Shown: in pieces, positions 12,789-27,747 of the stretch
Layout: each line of letters opens with the position of its first letter
Position numbering within the stretch: the first letter of the stretch is position 1
Assembly (NCBI GenBank): GCA_010015805.1
Contig: ML978138.1
Span: 124,001 to 188,000, forward strand
Length of the DNA stretch: 64,000 bases
Origin: Rhizodiscina lignyota
Lineage: Eukaryota
Direction: 5' to 3'
The notes under the pieces: model-generated
Told to the model about the DNA's origin: nothing
What the model saw: the letters and a program-made list of their open reading frames with translations, nothing else
Database searches by the model: none
Program-made: the position numbers and the translations under genes

Positions 12789-14074
12789 TCAATCTTCAGT
12801 AGCTCTTCTGATGAAATCCAGAACAATCTTCCGACCCTGCTGTTTTGCCATAGCTTCCGTGTGCAGAGCGCCTGGGACACTCTCTCGAAGAACGTTCATT
12901 CCAAGGTTTTTGCAAAGCGAGAAGAGCTGTTCCGCTTGAATCGATGGCACAATTTCGTCTTTCGCCGCTATTACAAGCATCACCGGTATCGCTCTTGCCG
13001 ATGGCGAGACTGAGATGATCTCGCGTAGAGCAGCTTCAGTGTCCCACCAGCTGCGGAGGAATGGCCAGAGATAGCGGTATGGTAGCCATTTCTGCGGATA
13101 TAGCGCCGTGAGCATACTGCGAAGACTCAGGAATGGCGTCTCCAGGATGAGCCCGCCGATACGGAGGTCTGTGTTTTGCCCTTCTCGACGTCTTACGGCG
13201 TGGATATGTGACTTCCAACAACTAGTGGCAACACCTGCCCCGAGACTCTGGCCCCAAAGGATGACTCTGTAGTCTGGATTGCTGCCATACTGTTGAGTGA
13301 CCCACTGCAGTGCGGCAAAAGCATCCTTCTCAATGCCAGGTTGGGAGGGTCGCCCGCGCGAAGTCCAGTAACCGCGGTAGGAAAGCGCAATGATCGTATA
13401 ACTTCGGTTCGTAGCGTTTCCAGACTCGTACTTCCCAAGTCCCGATAGAATTTTAGAGAGGCCAGGTAGCCGAGGCGGAAGAGATGAACCATTCCTTTTG
13501 ACACGTCAGTCTCGGGCGAAACTCGCCAATGAGGAAGGAAGACCGCATACCCCTGAAAATACAAAATAATAATGTGATTTGCGGACGAGGCTATCTCTTG
13601 CTTATTTTGGTCCTCGCCAGATTTTAAAGTCCCAAGGCATAGCGCAATATCTGTACCATCGAGTGATCTGATGTGCTTTTCTTCCCAGAGCACATCTTTA
13701 TACGATCCCCGATAATCTTCGATCCGCTCTTGCCGAGAGCCAGGAGGGAGACCTGGCATGTATATAATTTGGTTTTGGAATAAAACCATCATACAGCACT
13801 TGTACACCCATAGCGTGAGGAAGAATCCTAGAAATGCCAGAGGTGGGACTAAAACAGTAGGCACAGCCTCGATGAAGAAACTTCGGTGGAAGACTCTGGG
13901 ATAACTGCGATTATTGCATTTCCAATTGGCTCTCAGGAAGGCCGAAGCTGGGACTTGTCCAACCTCCGTCGATCTTGCATGTCGACGGCCGAAACTTGCG
14001 GCATATCGAATGGGTCTTCGGGGAAAGACGAGAATCTGTCGCTGGACTATCGATCCGGTGGCGATTCCCTGCAT
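12789..14074 (-). CDS. BEM46/ABHD13-family alpha/beta hydrolase
   Basis: Exons 14074-13551 and 13494-12789; 56-nt intron GTATGC..CTGAC..AAG restores YFQGNGSSLPPRL; FQNQIIYMP; GQSLG nucleophile elbow; LETPFLS; DEIVP; H near C-terminus. Confidence 0.88.
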
Positions 14075-14631
14075 GCAGCTTTAGATGCAGACTAGAAGTC
14101 GAAATTCTATCTAGATCTAGACCGAGATAGCATGGAAGAAGTGAAATCAGAGAGAGTGAAACTGGAATCGGCCGAGATGGAAATCAGATCCCGACGTATC
14201 CTACTGGCTGCTGACCTAATATGGGGCCGGCGAGGTCAGGGAGCTCGTGGCAAGGACGAGAAGCGCATAGGATAATAGGATGGTAGTAATCAGAGGGACC
14301 CGAGGGTTTAAAACAACCGACAGCCTGCCGCAGTGTACTTATGCTCTTTCATTCTCGGGCGCCGGAGGAGGAGAGGAGATGAGGGAGGAGAGGAGTGCAG
14401 GCGGAACGGCCTGCCAAGAAGGGAAAGCGCTGCTGCTCAATCGGAGTCAACGTCACTCCACTGCCTTCTTTGCCTTTCCACCCAAGCTTCATCCATCAAC
14501 AATTCACACCCACCAGACACCCCCACGACCATTCCTCGTCCACCACCCACCCGCTCCTACAAACCACCACACATTGGTCGCTATATCCTGCAACTTGCTT
14601 ATCAACCATCGTCTTCAGTTAAGACTCCGCC

Positions 14632-16113
14632 ATGGCGGATTCCAACCCCGCTACCGCCGCGGACGAGGCGCCTGAGCCGCAAGTCACCATCAACGTAAAA
14701 TCGGGCTCAGACCAGAAGCACGTCTTCACACTACCCCTCTCCACGACCATCGGTGACCTCAAATCCAAGCTCTCCTCCTCAGAATATGCCGACCTGCCCG
14801 CAGACCGCCAACGCCTCATCTTCTCCGGCCGCATACTCAAAGATCATGACACGTTGGAGCAGGTGAAGGTCAAGGATGGGCATACGATACACTTGGTGAA
14901 GAGCGCGGCGAGCAATGCCAGACAGAATCCTGCAAGCTCACCATCGGCGGGTGCTTCATCTGCTGGCACTACTCCCACACCAGCCGTTCCGACGAACATT
15001 GCCGCAGGCACTGGAAACAGTCCGTTTGCGCAGTTGACAGGAGCACGACATGCTGGCTTCCATGGGCTACCTGGTGCTGAGATGTTTGGTCCCGACGGCG
15101 GTGTAAGTTCTCATGTCCTCTTCCATGTTGTGCTCCGGCGCTTTATTAACACACTCTAGATGGGCGCGCCTCCGGATCCGGAAGCGATGCTTGGTATGCT
15201 CGACGACCCCATGTTTGTCTCACAGATGAACGAGATGATGAACAATCCTGCCATGATCCAAATGCTCCTCAACTCTCCACACGTCCGAAATAACCCACAA
15301 GCACGAATGATGCTACAAAACCCCGAGTTCCGACGACTCATGCTCAATCCTGAGATGTTACGGATGCAGTTACAGATGCAGCGTGCGATGGACGGCATGG
15401 GAGGTGGAGGCTTCGCAATGCCAGGCGAGACAGACACCACCGCACAGACTGGTACGGGAAATGCGGGAGAAACACAAACAGAGGGCCAAAATGGACAGCA
15501 GCAGCCACAAAACCCCTTCGCCATGTTTGGTCAAGGCCAGGGAGGGCAAGCAAACCCCTTTGCAGCGCTCTTCAACCCTCCCTCACAACAGCCTGGAACG
15601 ACCCCAGCTACATCACCTCCGAATACGGCGTCTGCAGGGCAAGGGACACCGGCGCAACCAACGCCATCTGGCCAAGAGGGGCAGAATCAGGTGAACCCTT
15701 TCGCGAGCCTCTTTGGCGGACAAACTGGAGACCAGCAGGACAATGCTTTCGCGCGAATGACGCAGCAAATGATGCAGAACCCCGAGATGATGCGCATGGC
15801 CATGCAGGCCGCAACAGGCATGATGAATCCGCAGAACCAGACCCCTGGCTCTACAGATGCCAACACTGGGGCTGCAGGACAGCAAAATCCATTTGCTGGC
15901 CTCTTCAACCCGATGGCGTTTGGTGCAGGTGGCATGGGTGCCTTGGGAGCACCAGAGCCACCCGATAGCCGCCCACCGGAAGAAAGATATGCCGATCAGC
16001 TGCGGCAATTGAATGACATGGGCTTCTATGAATTCGACAGGAACGTCCAGGCGTTGAGGCGGAGCGGAGGCAGCGTGCAAGGCGCCGTGGAATATCTCCT
16101 CAGCAATCCATAA
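14632..16113 (+). CDS. DSK2: Ubiquilin (UBL-STI1-UBA) DSK2/Dph1
   Basis: Exons 14632-15102 and 15160-16113; UBL QRLIFSGRILKD..HLVKSA; M/Q/N-rich STI1 region; UBA PPEERYADQLRQLNDMGF..ALRRSGGSVQGAVEYLL. Confidence 0.95.
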
Positions 16114-17220
16114 CGGGATGCCGTGCCCTGCATGGCTTTCGGATCTGGGGTTCGGAGGGGAGCTACCACGACGGATGACCGCGGGCCGACCAGGTTATGA
16201 CTAGCGCGCGGGATGAATGTACGGTGTTTCGGCGTACCTCAGTCGTTAGCTGACATCAGCATCGGTCAGGAGCGCGGATGGAACATGAATGAAGGCGGTA
16301 TCGGATGAATCCTTTTCATGAGATATATTGCACGTGGCCATGGCAGGGTCTTTTCGATTTCATGCATGAGACGGAACACAAAAGTCGATCTGAATCGGCA
16401 TTGCTTGCGTACGACTCACTCTTGCACAGGTCTAATACCCTCTTTAATGCAGGCGCAGTCGTTTGTTATGACTATCATAGGCGGCAGCGTATCTTTCAAG
16501 TCCAATTACAGCCGTGCGTACAGTCATTCTCGGTATCAATACTTCATCTTCTCTTAGTGATGCCATAACTCCGTGCTGATCACCCCGACCACTACGACAG
16601 AACGACTTGCCAAGTTTGAGGCTGAAGACAGGGGAGCTCCCTCTTCTCTTACTGACACTTTTCACATGAACACTTTTGAATCAGAATTGTTAGTTGGTTT
16701 TATTATTTAAAGTCACCTTTGTTTGAGGTTAGGCCGTTTCAAACGCACAGTGTTGTGCCCTTGGTGGTATTCTTGAGCAAGCATACAACTAGATTCGCAT
16801 ATGCCACCATGCTCATCCAGAATTGTTATGAGACCTCGACGATAGTCCATACCAGGATTAATTAAAGGTGCCTCAATCCTCGCAGGAGGCACATTATAAG
16901 AGAGCCGCAACTTTGACGTCTGTCCAGGACAGTAGTTAAAATGACGAGTTCTGACACGTGAAGTTCTCCAACGCGGAATGCTGAATTGAGGTGGCCTCCG
17001 TAGCATTTAAGTTAAACGTGTGGTTGCAGAATCGTTCAAGTAGAACAACACCCTCTTTGACTTGGGTGAAACTACGCCACAAGTTCACTAATCATCTCCA
17101 GCTGAGCGCTCGTTGCCTTAGGTGTCGCTACGTGACAGCAAACGACGTTGACTATTCGCCGCGATAGGAAACCTCCGCTCTTATTCGTCAGTCGGACCCT
17201 TTCTCGACCTCAAGGCTGGC

Positions 17221-17227
17221 TTAGTAA
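17221..17227 (+). promoter_or_regulatory. Yap1/AP-1 response element TTAGTAA upstream of glutathione reductase
   Basis: Exact TTA(C/G)TAA match ~150 nt upstream of the first GLR1 ATG; GLR1 is a classic Yap1 target in fungi. Confidence 0.6.
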
Positions 17228-17338
17228 ACTTGAGCTTGCATTCACGAGCACCGTGCCGAGAGAACTCGGAAGCTTGAAGAAGGAAGCAATAATGGCATTG
17301 GCATGAGATAGCGCTTGTGATCTGAAGCAGTGCTTTAA

Positions 17339-19461
<2,123 letters not shown>

Positions 19462-19888
19462 CCGATGAGGATAGGAGCGGATCGAAAGGAAGGCATACTC
19501 GTAAGAGAAAGCATGCTGGCTGGATGTCGTGATACAAAATACGATATCCTTTCATATCTGTGAAGGAAAGTGCACATAGAGCGGCCGAGATGGCAAGTTG
19601 ATTCGAGGAAGTGATGAAACACATATCCCGGCAGCCAAGTGGCCAAGTTAAGTGGCGCGCCTTGGCACATGACACCGCGTCACAAAGAGCGAAATCGAGG
19701 GGCAGGAACGCCCGGAGCAAAATGCTGGCATCCCACCATCAGAGCTCCAGCTCTCTCCTGAGCTCAGGCTGACATTCCTGAATGCTCTCCAAACCTATGC
19801 GCCTAGATATTCTCAGACCTTTCCCTATTGACTCAAAACTTGAGAACAAATCTCGAGGACTGCTTGTCCTCAAGGAACTTCCTGAAAT

Positions 19889-22800
19889 ATGCCTTCCCTG
19901 AGAATCTCTCCAACATCACTCATTCTCCCTTCTCTTCTGCTCATCCTCGTTCTCTATGCGCGTCCAGCGCATGCCTTTGGAGCTGGAAATATCCCTGATA
20001 CTGCCCGCGTCGAAGGTCAGAACTGGCGTCATGGAGATATTGAAGATACCCTGCTCGGGTTGCTCATGTCTGCGCGTGCGAGCAAGAAGTTCTCCAAAAT
20101 GGATGTCAAACGTGTCTATTTTGGAAATTGGCTGAGAGACTACAGCCAAGCGGTGGATGTAAGTGCTGCGTCTCCGTAGGTTATGTCAAGCGGACAAAAG
20201 ACTGATAACGCAACAGGTTGGTACAGTCAAGTATGTCAGCGCCGAAGCTATCCGACTTCTCCTCTGGGTCCTTGGCTTCATGAGCTTTGGCTATGGAGCG
20301 CGCGAATTCGAAGTCACTCGCGACCGGCTCGGATGCTACCGACCGGAAGAGCACATAGACAATCCCAAAGATTACGCAGACAACCTCGACGCAAGGCAAT
20401 ACGACCGCCGCCTGCGTGGACCAGTTGACGAACGCCGCGAACTTTCGATCGATGAGCGCACCGGTCTGAAACACTACATTGCGACAGAAGATATTGGAAT
20501 CACAACTTCTGCAGGGATGGTCCGCAACCTGTACGGGCGTTGCATACAATTGGGCCGCGAACACAATCGCACTGGCAATAAGGATGCCCTGTATGAGGCT
20601 CTCAGGCTCCTTGGTACTGCCAACCACTGTCTCGAAGACTACTCGGCACACTCGAACTATACTGAACTTGCGCTCATTGAATTGGGTGAGCGCGAAGTCT
20701 TCCCGCATGTTGGACGTCGCACTCAGGTTCAGGTCCGTGGAGCTCGAGGGCCTATTTGGCCTATCGTGACCGGTACATTTGGCGGTGTCGACTTCTTGCA
20801 TTCAGTGATGGGCGAGTTCAGCGATAAAGCCACGCAATCTGAAGTATCAGAGTTGGAGGGAACAATCAACGAAGCCCAGATCAACCAGAACAATACCAGT
20901 CTGCTTAAAGAACTGCTTAGCCAGCTTCCGAGCGGATTGTTTGGAGGTGAAGACCAAGCAGGCAAAGCTGACGAGCTCCAAGCAAATGCCGCTGCGGCGC
21001 AGATGCAGAACATGCACATTTCTCCGAAACAGCCCGAGGAGTGGACGGAAATGCTCGCCAATGTGTCAAAGCAGATCTACCCTATCCTCGAATTCCATGA
21101 CAACATTATGGGCAGCATTACCGAGACTATCGAGAAGATACCGATCTTGCCGGATCTCCTGGAAAGTCTTGAGAACCAGGTCAACATCTTCGTTTTCAGT
21201 CTTCTCGCGCCATTCGTCGTGCCCATCATTAAGCAAGTGAAGAATGAGCTTGCCACTGGTAGCTCCGAGATCATCCAAAGCAGCCGAGACAAGCAACTCA
21301 TCGTTTTCAACGACGACTCCTGCACTGACCCGACGCACTCCATGCTCTCCAAGGACCACTTCAGCAATGTACTCAATGAGCCTGCGGGTAAAGTTGCATC
21401 CCAAGTGCTCAAATGGGTCGTCCCTCAAATCGTCCAATGCTGGGACGATGAACGTGTCGATCCAAATCGCACCATCCAGCGTATTATTCAGGGCGTTTTC
21501 CATCATCCTGCGCTTCGTCAATATGGCGATGACGGGGCAAGCGATGGCCGGCAGCTGATGTTTCGTGTCGTCGAAGGCTGGTGGCGTGAAATGCCTGACC
21601 AAGAACGGGATGACCTGCGTCGCAAATTAAGCCGTGAGGGCGTCGAAAGAGGAGAGAACCACAAGGAGGATGTGCAGGACGGTGGACATGGCTGCGGTAA
21701 ACCGCTTGGCATGCCCTCTTTCACGACTGCTGCTTCGTCTGGTGCTCCCGGCGCGATCGGTGGCGCCCTACTTGGCGGACTTGGTCAAGCTCTAGGCGGT
21801 GCCGGCCTTGGCCAAGCTTTGGGTGGTGGTGGAGGTTCTGGCCAGTTCCGCAGCGGTGAGGGAGGTGGCCAGATGAACGAGATCGGCAAAGTGGCTGGTG
21901 AGGCCCTGGGCGGCGGTGTTCTCGGATCAGTTGTGGGTGGCCTCGTCGGTGGAGTCGGCTCTAGCTTGCTCGGCGGCGCATTTGATAAGCCTAGCGATGA
22001 GCACCACACATACAAGCAAGAAGGCTATACGCAAGATGGAGGCTATCGCACTAGCTACACCGAAACTGCACAACATAGAGGCGACCCAAGTCAAGAGCAG
22101 AAGTATGGACAAGCTGAATACTCGAGGACAGAGTATCCTGGTGGAACTCGAAGAGAAGAGTATTCTCGCTATGAACAAGATGAGGCTAAAGCCGGTCGGG
22201 GCACTAGCGGCTACGGGTACTCTGCCAGCGTCGAACAAACTGGAAGCTCGTACGGCGAAGGTTACGAACGTCGCGAGGAGCAGCGATGGGAACGCCCAGG
22301 CGGCGAGTGGGCAAGCGAAGACCGGGTTGAGGGAGTAAGAAGAAGCGGCGAATACTATCATGAAGAGAAGAAGTACTCAAGCCCTTGAAATGCACTCTAT
22401 GGATCAAGCTGACATGTGATATCCAGACATCATGGCCACCACAGGCGGGACGAATCTGATGAAGAATCCGACGATGACGATGACTACGAGAAGAAGGCCC
22501 GAAAACGAGCCGAAAAGGAGCGCAAGGAGCGCGAGAAGGAAGAGCGCAAGCGGCGCGAAGAGGCGGAGCGCGAGGAAAGAAGGGAGGAGCACCATCACCG
22601 AAGACACGATGACGAAGAGGGCGCTGCGTACCAAGAACGCCAGAGTTCTCAGAGATATTCTGGCGGGTACAATCGTGGAGAAGGTGGCTACGGCGGTCGG
22701 GAATACCAACAACCTCAGCAATCCTATGTCAGCCGTGAGGAGTCGTACGGTGGCCCTGAGTATCGAGAGAGCGGATATGGGCAACGATCTTTGGGCAGTG

Positions 22801-23042
22801 AGCGCGAAGAATCTTACGGAGGCGCCCAGTCGTACGGCCGTGGAGAATCGTATGGCGAAAGGAACGAGTCTTACGGCGAGCCAGGTTATGAAAGGAGAAA
22901 TGATGAGGGTGGTTATGGCGAGTCCGGCGGCTATGGAGGAGATGAGGGTGGATACGCACAGAGAAGACGCTATGATGGTGGTGAGGATGAATACTCAGGC
23001 GAAGGTGGAGGCTATGCGGATGAAGGAGAGCGTAGGTGGTGA
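19889..23042 (+). CDS. HET-C family protein with Gly-rich/charged C-terminal tail, ~1013 aa
   Basis: Exons 19889-20158, 20217-22372, 22427-23042. Signal peptide then AFGAGNI, WRHGDIED, YFGNWLRDYSQAVD, EEHIDNPKDY, HCLEDYSAHSNY, VTGTFGGVDF, DPTHSMLSKDHFSN. Confidence 0.93.
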
Positions 23043-23123
23043 AAAGCGAACTCACGTTTTCAAGTGAGTTATCATACCCAGTAGAGTTGCTGAAAATCGA
23101 AAAGCCTATTATTGATCTGCAAG

Positions 23124-23617
23124 CTATGGTCTCTGGCTTTCACCTCTCTCCTCGTCCCCGTCCTCTTCTTCCTCTTCCTTTTCCTGTTCCCTGTCTCCGT
23201 CTTGAGATTCCTCCTCAACGTTTGCGCTGTTAAGTAACATGCGTCTAATTTCCTTGAGCCTCTCATCGCTGATCGCAGTCTCACTGTTCTCAATCTCGAC
23301 TTTGTACTTCGGCAGAAGTTTCCAATCAGTAAAACCTTGCTCACGAGCTTCTTTTTCAGCGACCACCACTGCAAGGAAAGCATTTTCCAGCCTTGGCTTC
23401 TCCCTATCTTCTTCTGAGAGTGGCAGCCACTGTCGCCGTCGACAAATACCATGCTCTCGATGCTCACAATAACCCTCTGCTCTAACTGGTCGCCACTCAG
23501 GATGAATTTTCCTTCTCTCTCTTCCGGAGTCAAGTGCTCAGCCTCCGCGTCCTCCCCACGGAGCTTCTGGAGTTTATCGCCGCGATAGAGCTGGTCGCTA
23601 TTGCTTGATGATGCCAT
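23124..23617 (-). pseudogene. Small acidic-tailed hypothetical gene with apparent frameshift near 23507-23522
   Basis: Frame A from ATG 23617 reads protein-like to ..EHLTPEER; frame B (no ATG of its own) reads KIHPEWRPVRAEGYCEHREHGICRRRQWLPL..EEEEEDGDEE..* to 23124. No GT-AG intron with good signals joins them. Confidence 0.5.
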
Positions 23618-25190
23618 TCCGATGATCTTCCTCTGGCGTGATGGTTCGAGGCTGGATAGCCCTTTCGACCTTCAGACTTTATATTCACGTTCGCCCATAC
23701 TTGCTATTTGGTAGTATTTGCGTTCATGAATTGTTTGACAAAGGCGACAAATTCGTATGCGCCCGTCATCACCATTTATACCTCTGGTTGCACTTTTGCC
23801 AAGTGAGATTGCTGTAGTTTGCAAGGTTTTCTAAGAATTAGGAGTCATGCACAAGTGGACGTATGCGTCTTCGCTGGCTACATTTTAACATTTCAAGGAG
23901 AGGTTCGATGGCACGCAAATGGAGTCCTTTATGATTTATCCCATAACCACGTGGAAAGGGCTAGCATTGCAACCTTGTGCCTACGAACCGACCATGTCCT
24001 CCTTAAGACGTGTCTTCTTTCTTCACATTACGCGTCTGGTGTGACTGCTTTGATAGTCATCCACAATGAGCGCAAATAAGGTAGATACAATATGCGGAGC
24101 AGAATGTCCGTCCCGGGAACCATTCCAAGGAGCCATTCCTGGATCTGGTCAACGCTTTGCTAACCTGGCTCGGCGATAATAATGTAATCGAAAAGGTTGG
24201 TCAAAGCTTCCAAGACGCTGTACAATTGGGATGTAAAGTAATGAAGTGTAGGAGCGATTTAATAATACGCCCCAAAGAACTAAGTTTTCAGAGATAGTGC
24301 GGCTTCCTTTGGAGTGCAACAGCTGCATGTCCTTGTCCCGCGGCCTAGTATTTGGTCAGATTGTCACCATATCACCAACTTCCATTCGCCAATTGCGTCA
24401 TGAGCAGTATAATTGTCTAGGGAAGAGTGCCATCCCCACAAAAATTGGCGACCCCGCGAATCCTGAAATATTTACCCATGCAATGCGTTTGATGTGTGGA
24501 AATTGCAAGTCACTTGAGATCTTCGCAATTTCTGTGCCACAATCCTTCTCAAGCCGCCCATCGAGCTGTCCTACGAGTTGCGCCCGAACAATATTCTTCT
24601 CGCAATCTTTGCCACATCGTATGGGCGGCAGAGAAAACGATTTTCATTTCGGAATCTGTAATACGCCGGATTACTGTGGTAGAACACGGGTTCTTTGGTG
24701 AATGGTGAACACAAGTTTGAAACGTTATCGTGAGTGGGCAGGGCTGATTCCAAGTTTTCCCATGACGTCGGTTCACATCGAGCGCCACATCTGCAGAACT
24801 AACTTTGACTGGAGTGGATGAGCTAAAAAGCTTCGCAAGCTTTAGCCCAGCCAGATATGGATTCGTCCAATCACATATCCGCACTTCAGCCTCAGGATTC
24901 CTCCTGCTGTTGGACGTTGTGGAGATGCCAGGCGCAACGACGCAGATCTTTATGCTTCAACGCAATCCTTCTCGCGCTGCTCGGTGTCCTAGTGACTGAA
25001 TCATTGGACAGCGATGCAATGCCTCGGAACATGCCTTCTTAAAAACCGCGCAAAGCAAGGTAGAGAAGTACAGTAGAGTACAAAAGAACCCGCGATTCTC
25101 ATCTCTCAGTGCCTCTCCTTTCCTGTATACGAAGTCCTTCTCTCTCGTATAATGCTCTTTCAGTGATCACATTTGCGTCAGGATTTCAAC

Positions 25191-27175
25191 ATGCGCGGAA
25201 GCCAATTTCTCTTTGCGTTTTCCTTCTCGCAACTCTTGTTTGCCCAGGATCTCATCCAGGTCAAGACTACCAATGGCACAATTCAAGGCGGCAAATGCCC
25301 TTCTACGAGTGCCAGTCAGTTTCTCGCCATACCGTATGCTCAACCGCCAATTGGAGACCTAAGATTTCAGCCTCCACAGCCATACAATGGCAGCTATAAT
25401 GGAACTCTGAATGCCACAACAGCGACGCCTAGTTGTATCCAATTTGGAAAACAGTTCCTGGAAAGCGGGCCGCAATCTGAAGACTGGTATGTCACTCCAT
25501 TTCTATGATAAGTTGAAGAGCCACCTATGCTGAACAGCCAACCAGCCTCCTCCTCGACATTTGGGTTCCACCAAATACTTCCCCGAACTCGGGTCTACCG
25601 GTGAAATTCTGGGTCTATGGAGGTAGTGGCACAGCTGGTGGAATATCAGACCCTCTCTACAGTGGCTGCAACCTTGCCACGGACGCCGTTGTAGTCTCCG
25701 TCAATTACAGGCTAGGTCCGTTAGGATTTCTTGCGCTAGAGAGTGCAGGCGTGCAAGGAAACATGGCTATTCAAGACGTAATTATGGCTCTGGAATGGGT
25801 ACAATCAAACATTGCCGCGTTTGGCGGAGATCCGGTATGAAATTAGAATTTCATCCAGAACTACGTGACTGACCCGGCGCAGAAAAAGGTTGTGCTCTTC
25901 GGCCAGTCCGCAGGCGCAGCGCTCTCATTTATGATCAGCACGCTTCCGAATGCACCATCTCTGATGAACGCCATGATTGGTGAGTCCGGGGCAGGAAGAA
26001 GCTACCTTCCAACAAACTCGTCTGCTGTACAAGAGTTTGGAGCACAATGGGCAAAAAACCTGGGATGCAGCGCGTCTGATGTGAGTGATAGATGGCCTTT
26101 GACAACCCTTCTAACCAACTAATTGAATTTGCAGCTTTCCTGCATCCAATCGAAATCGGCGAGTGCAATGAATTCGTCTTACCCGAAATCTGATCTGGGC
26201 CTTACTGCGTCTAACAATGCAATCGTAACCGGATTCGGGTACACATATGATGGTAAAATAGTTCCAGGCAACCCAGCTGAAGTCGGCGCTCAAGTTCCAG
26301 TAATATTCGGTCACAGTAAGTCTTCTAAACAGTTCACACGTACCAGAGAAAATGGCAGCTCACAAGTATTGGCAGCAACCATGGAAGCAACGCTCGATAT
26401 CCTTGGAGGTCTTAACTTTCCTCCCTCGGTTGAGGACTATAGTAAATTCCTCAACACCACCTTCGGCTCCTATGCCTCAACGGTCAACAAGACTTATTCC
26501 CTCGATAAATTCAAGAGCACGCCCTTCCCAGTTTTCTATGCCATGGTCGAAGTCTACACCGATTACGCTTACAGCTGTCCAACTTATCGAGGTCTCCTGA
26601 AAGCAGCAGAGAACAAGCAGCCTGCGTACACGTACATCTGGGGCAAGGAGCCATCATGCCCTTGGTATTCAGCTATTCCATCCGACCCTCAAATCCTCCA
26701 ACTGCTCAATGCAACGCACACTTCTGAAATCCCGTTCGTATTCGGCCAAGTAGATGATCTTCCACTTCCAAACGGAACATGCAGCTTCTCAAGCTATGAA
26801 AAAGCTTTGAGCGCGGACGTTGTCGCTGCATGGACATCAATGGCAGCGAACGGCAATCCGAACGGCAAGAATTCGAAGATCAACTGGCCTGAGTTCTCTG
26901 CCAAGAGCTCAATGGGCCTGAATGTAGGCAACAACTCGGTCACAGCAGGAACTGTAGACTACACCCGGTGTCAATTCTGGGATGCTATTGATCAGGGCAT
27001 CACGAATTCGACGAGCAACACTTCCATTTTCGGAAGCTCGAGCTCAAGCTCGGGAAGTAGTAGCACTACCTCATCAGCACCGGCGGCTACATCGAGCTCC
27101 GGTTCAAGCGGGATGTACGTTGTGTCTGGTTTGGCCTGGTCTGGAATGGCTGCTGCTTTTCTTCTTGGGGTTTGA
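25191..27175 (+). CDS. Secreted type-B carboxylesterase/lipase, probably GPI-anchored
   Basis: Exons 25191-25486, 25546-25834, 25883-26080, 26135-26315, 26376-27175 (last intron 60 nt, in frame). SEDCL, NYRLGPLGFL, GQSAG, ATHTSEI; Ser-rich spacer then hydrophobic C-terminus. Confidence 0.9.
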
Positions 27176-27747
27176 ATGCATGCGATTCATTGCTTGTGCA
27201 CATGTACAGTATTCCAGATCGTCGAAAGTTGCAGGCTCAAGCAGGATGTATCGAGAGTTTTCAAGCCAAGAACACTGTGATGAGATGTGAAAGCCTCATG
27301 AATGAACGGTCCAACTAAAGTGCTGGGTGGGTCCCACCTAATGCTGGGTGACCGCGGGTGGCCTTAACCCCTAAATAGGGCCATCTTCGGGACCTTGTTC
27401 CACTCGTGAGGATTTAACGGCCGAAGGAGCTCTGCCCCTGTACATTATTCCGCCCCCAAATTGTCCAACGTCGGGCCTTCCGCCACATGTTTTGCACCAT
27501 GTTCCCTTGATAGTTTCGTTCGACGAGCTTAGAATCCATGCAAGAGGCTATGTCTTGCTCCTGCAGGCTAGCTGCATCTGCAGGTTGGCCTCAGAGTCAG
27601 CTGCGATCTAGCATCTTCCTTCGTACCTCCAGGTGTATTGACTGTCATCTTCATAATAGAAATGTTGCACTGGCAGTGATATAGTCGTGCTGCCTATTCA
27701 TATACCTTCTGACTTATCTTCAATGTATTCGAGCTACTCAACAGACA

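Noticed and set aside
14240..14254. GGAGCTCGTGGCAAG, Rpn4-like site upstream of DSK2
   Set aside because: Imperfect short match; cannot be separated from chance without conservation data.
16120..16270. Small hairpins in DSK2 3' UTR (GCCGTGC/GCATGGC, GTACG/CGTAC, CTGAC/GTCAG)
   Set aside because: Stems of 5-7 bp in GC-rich sequence are expected by chance; no ncRNA signature.
27364..27374. TTAACCCCTAA as telomere seed or telomerase template
   Set aside because: Four Cs, single copy, no supporting context.
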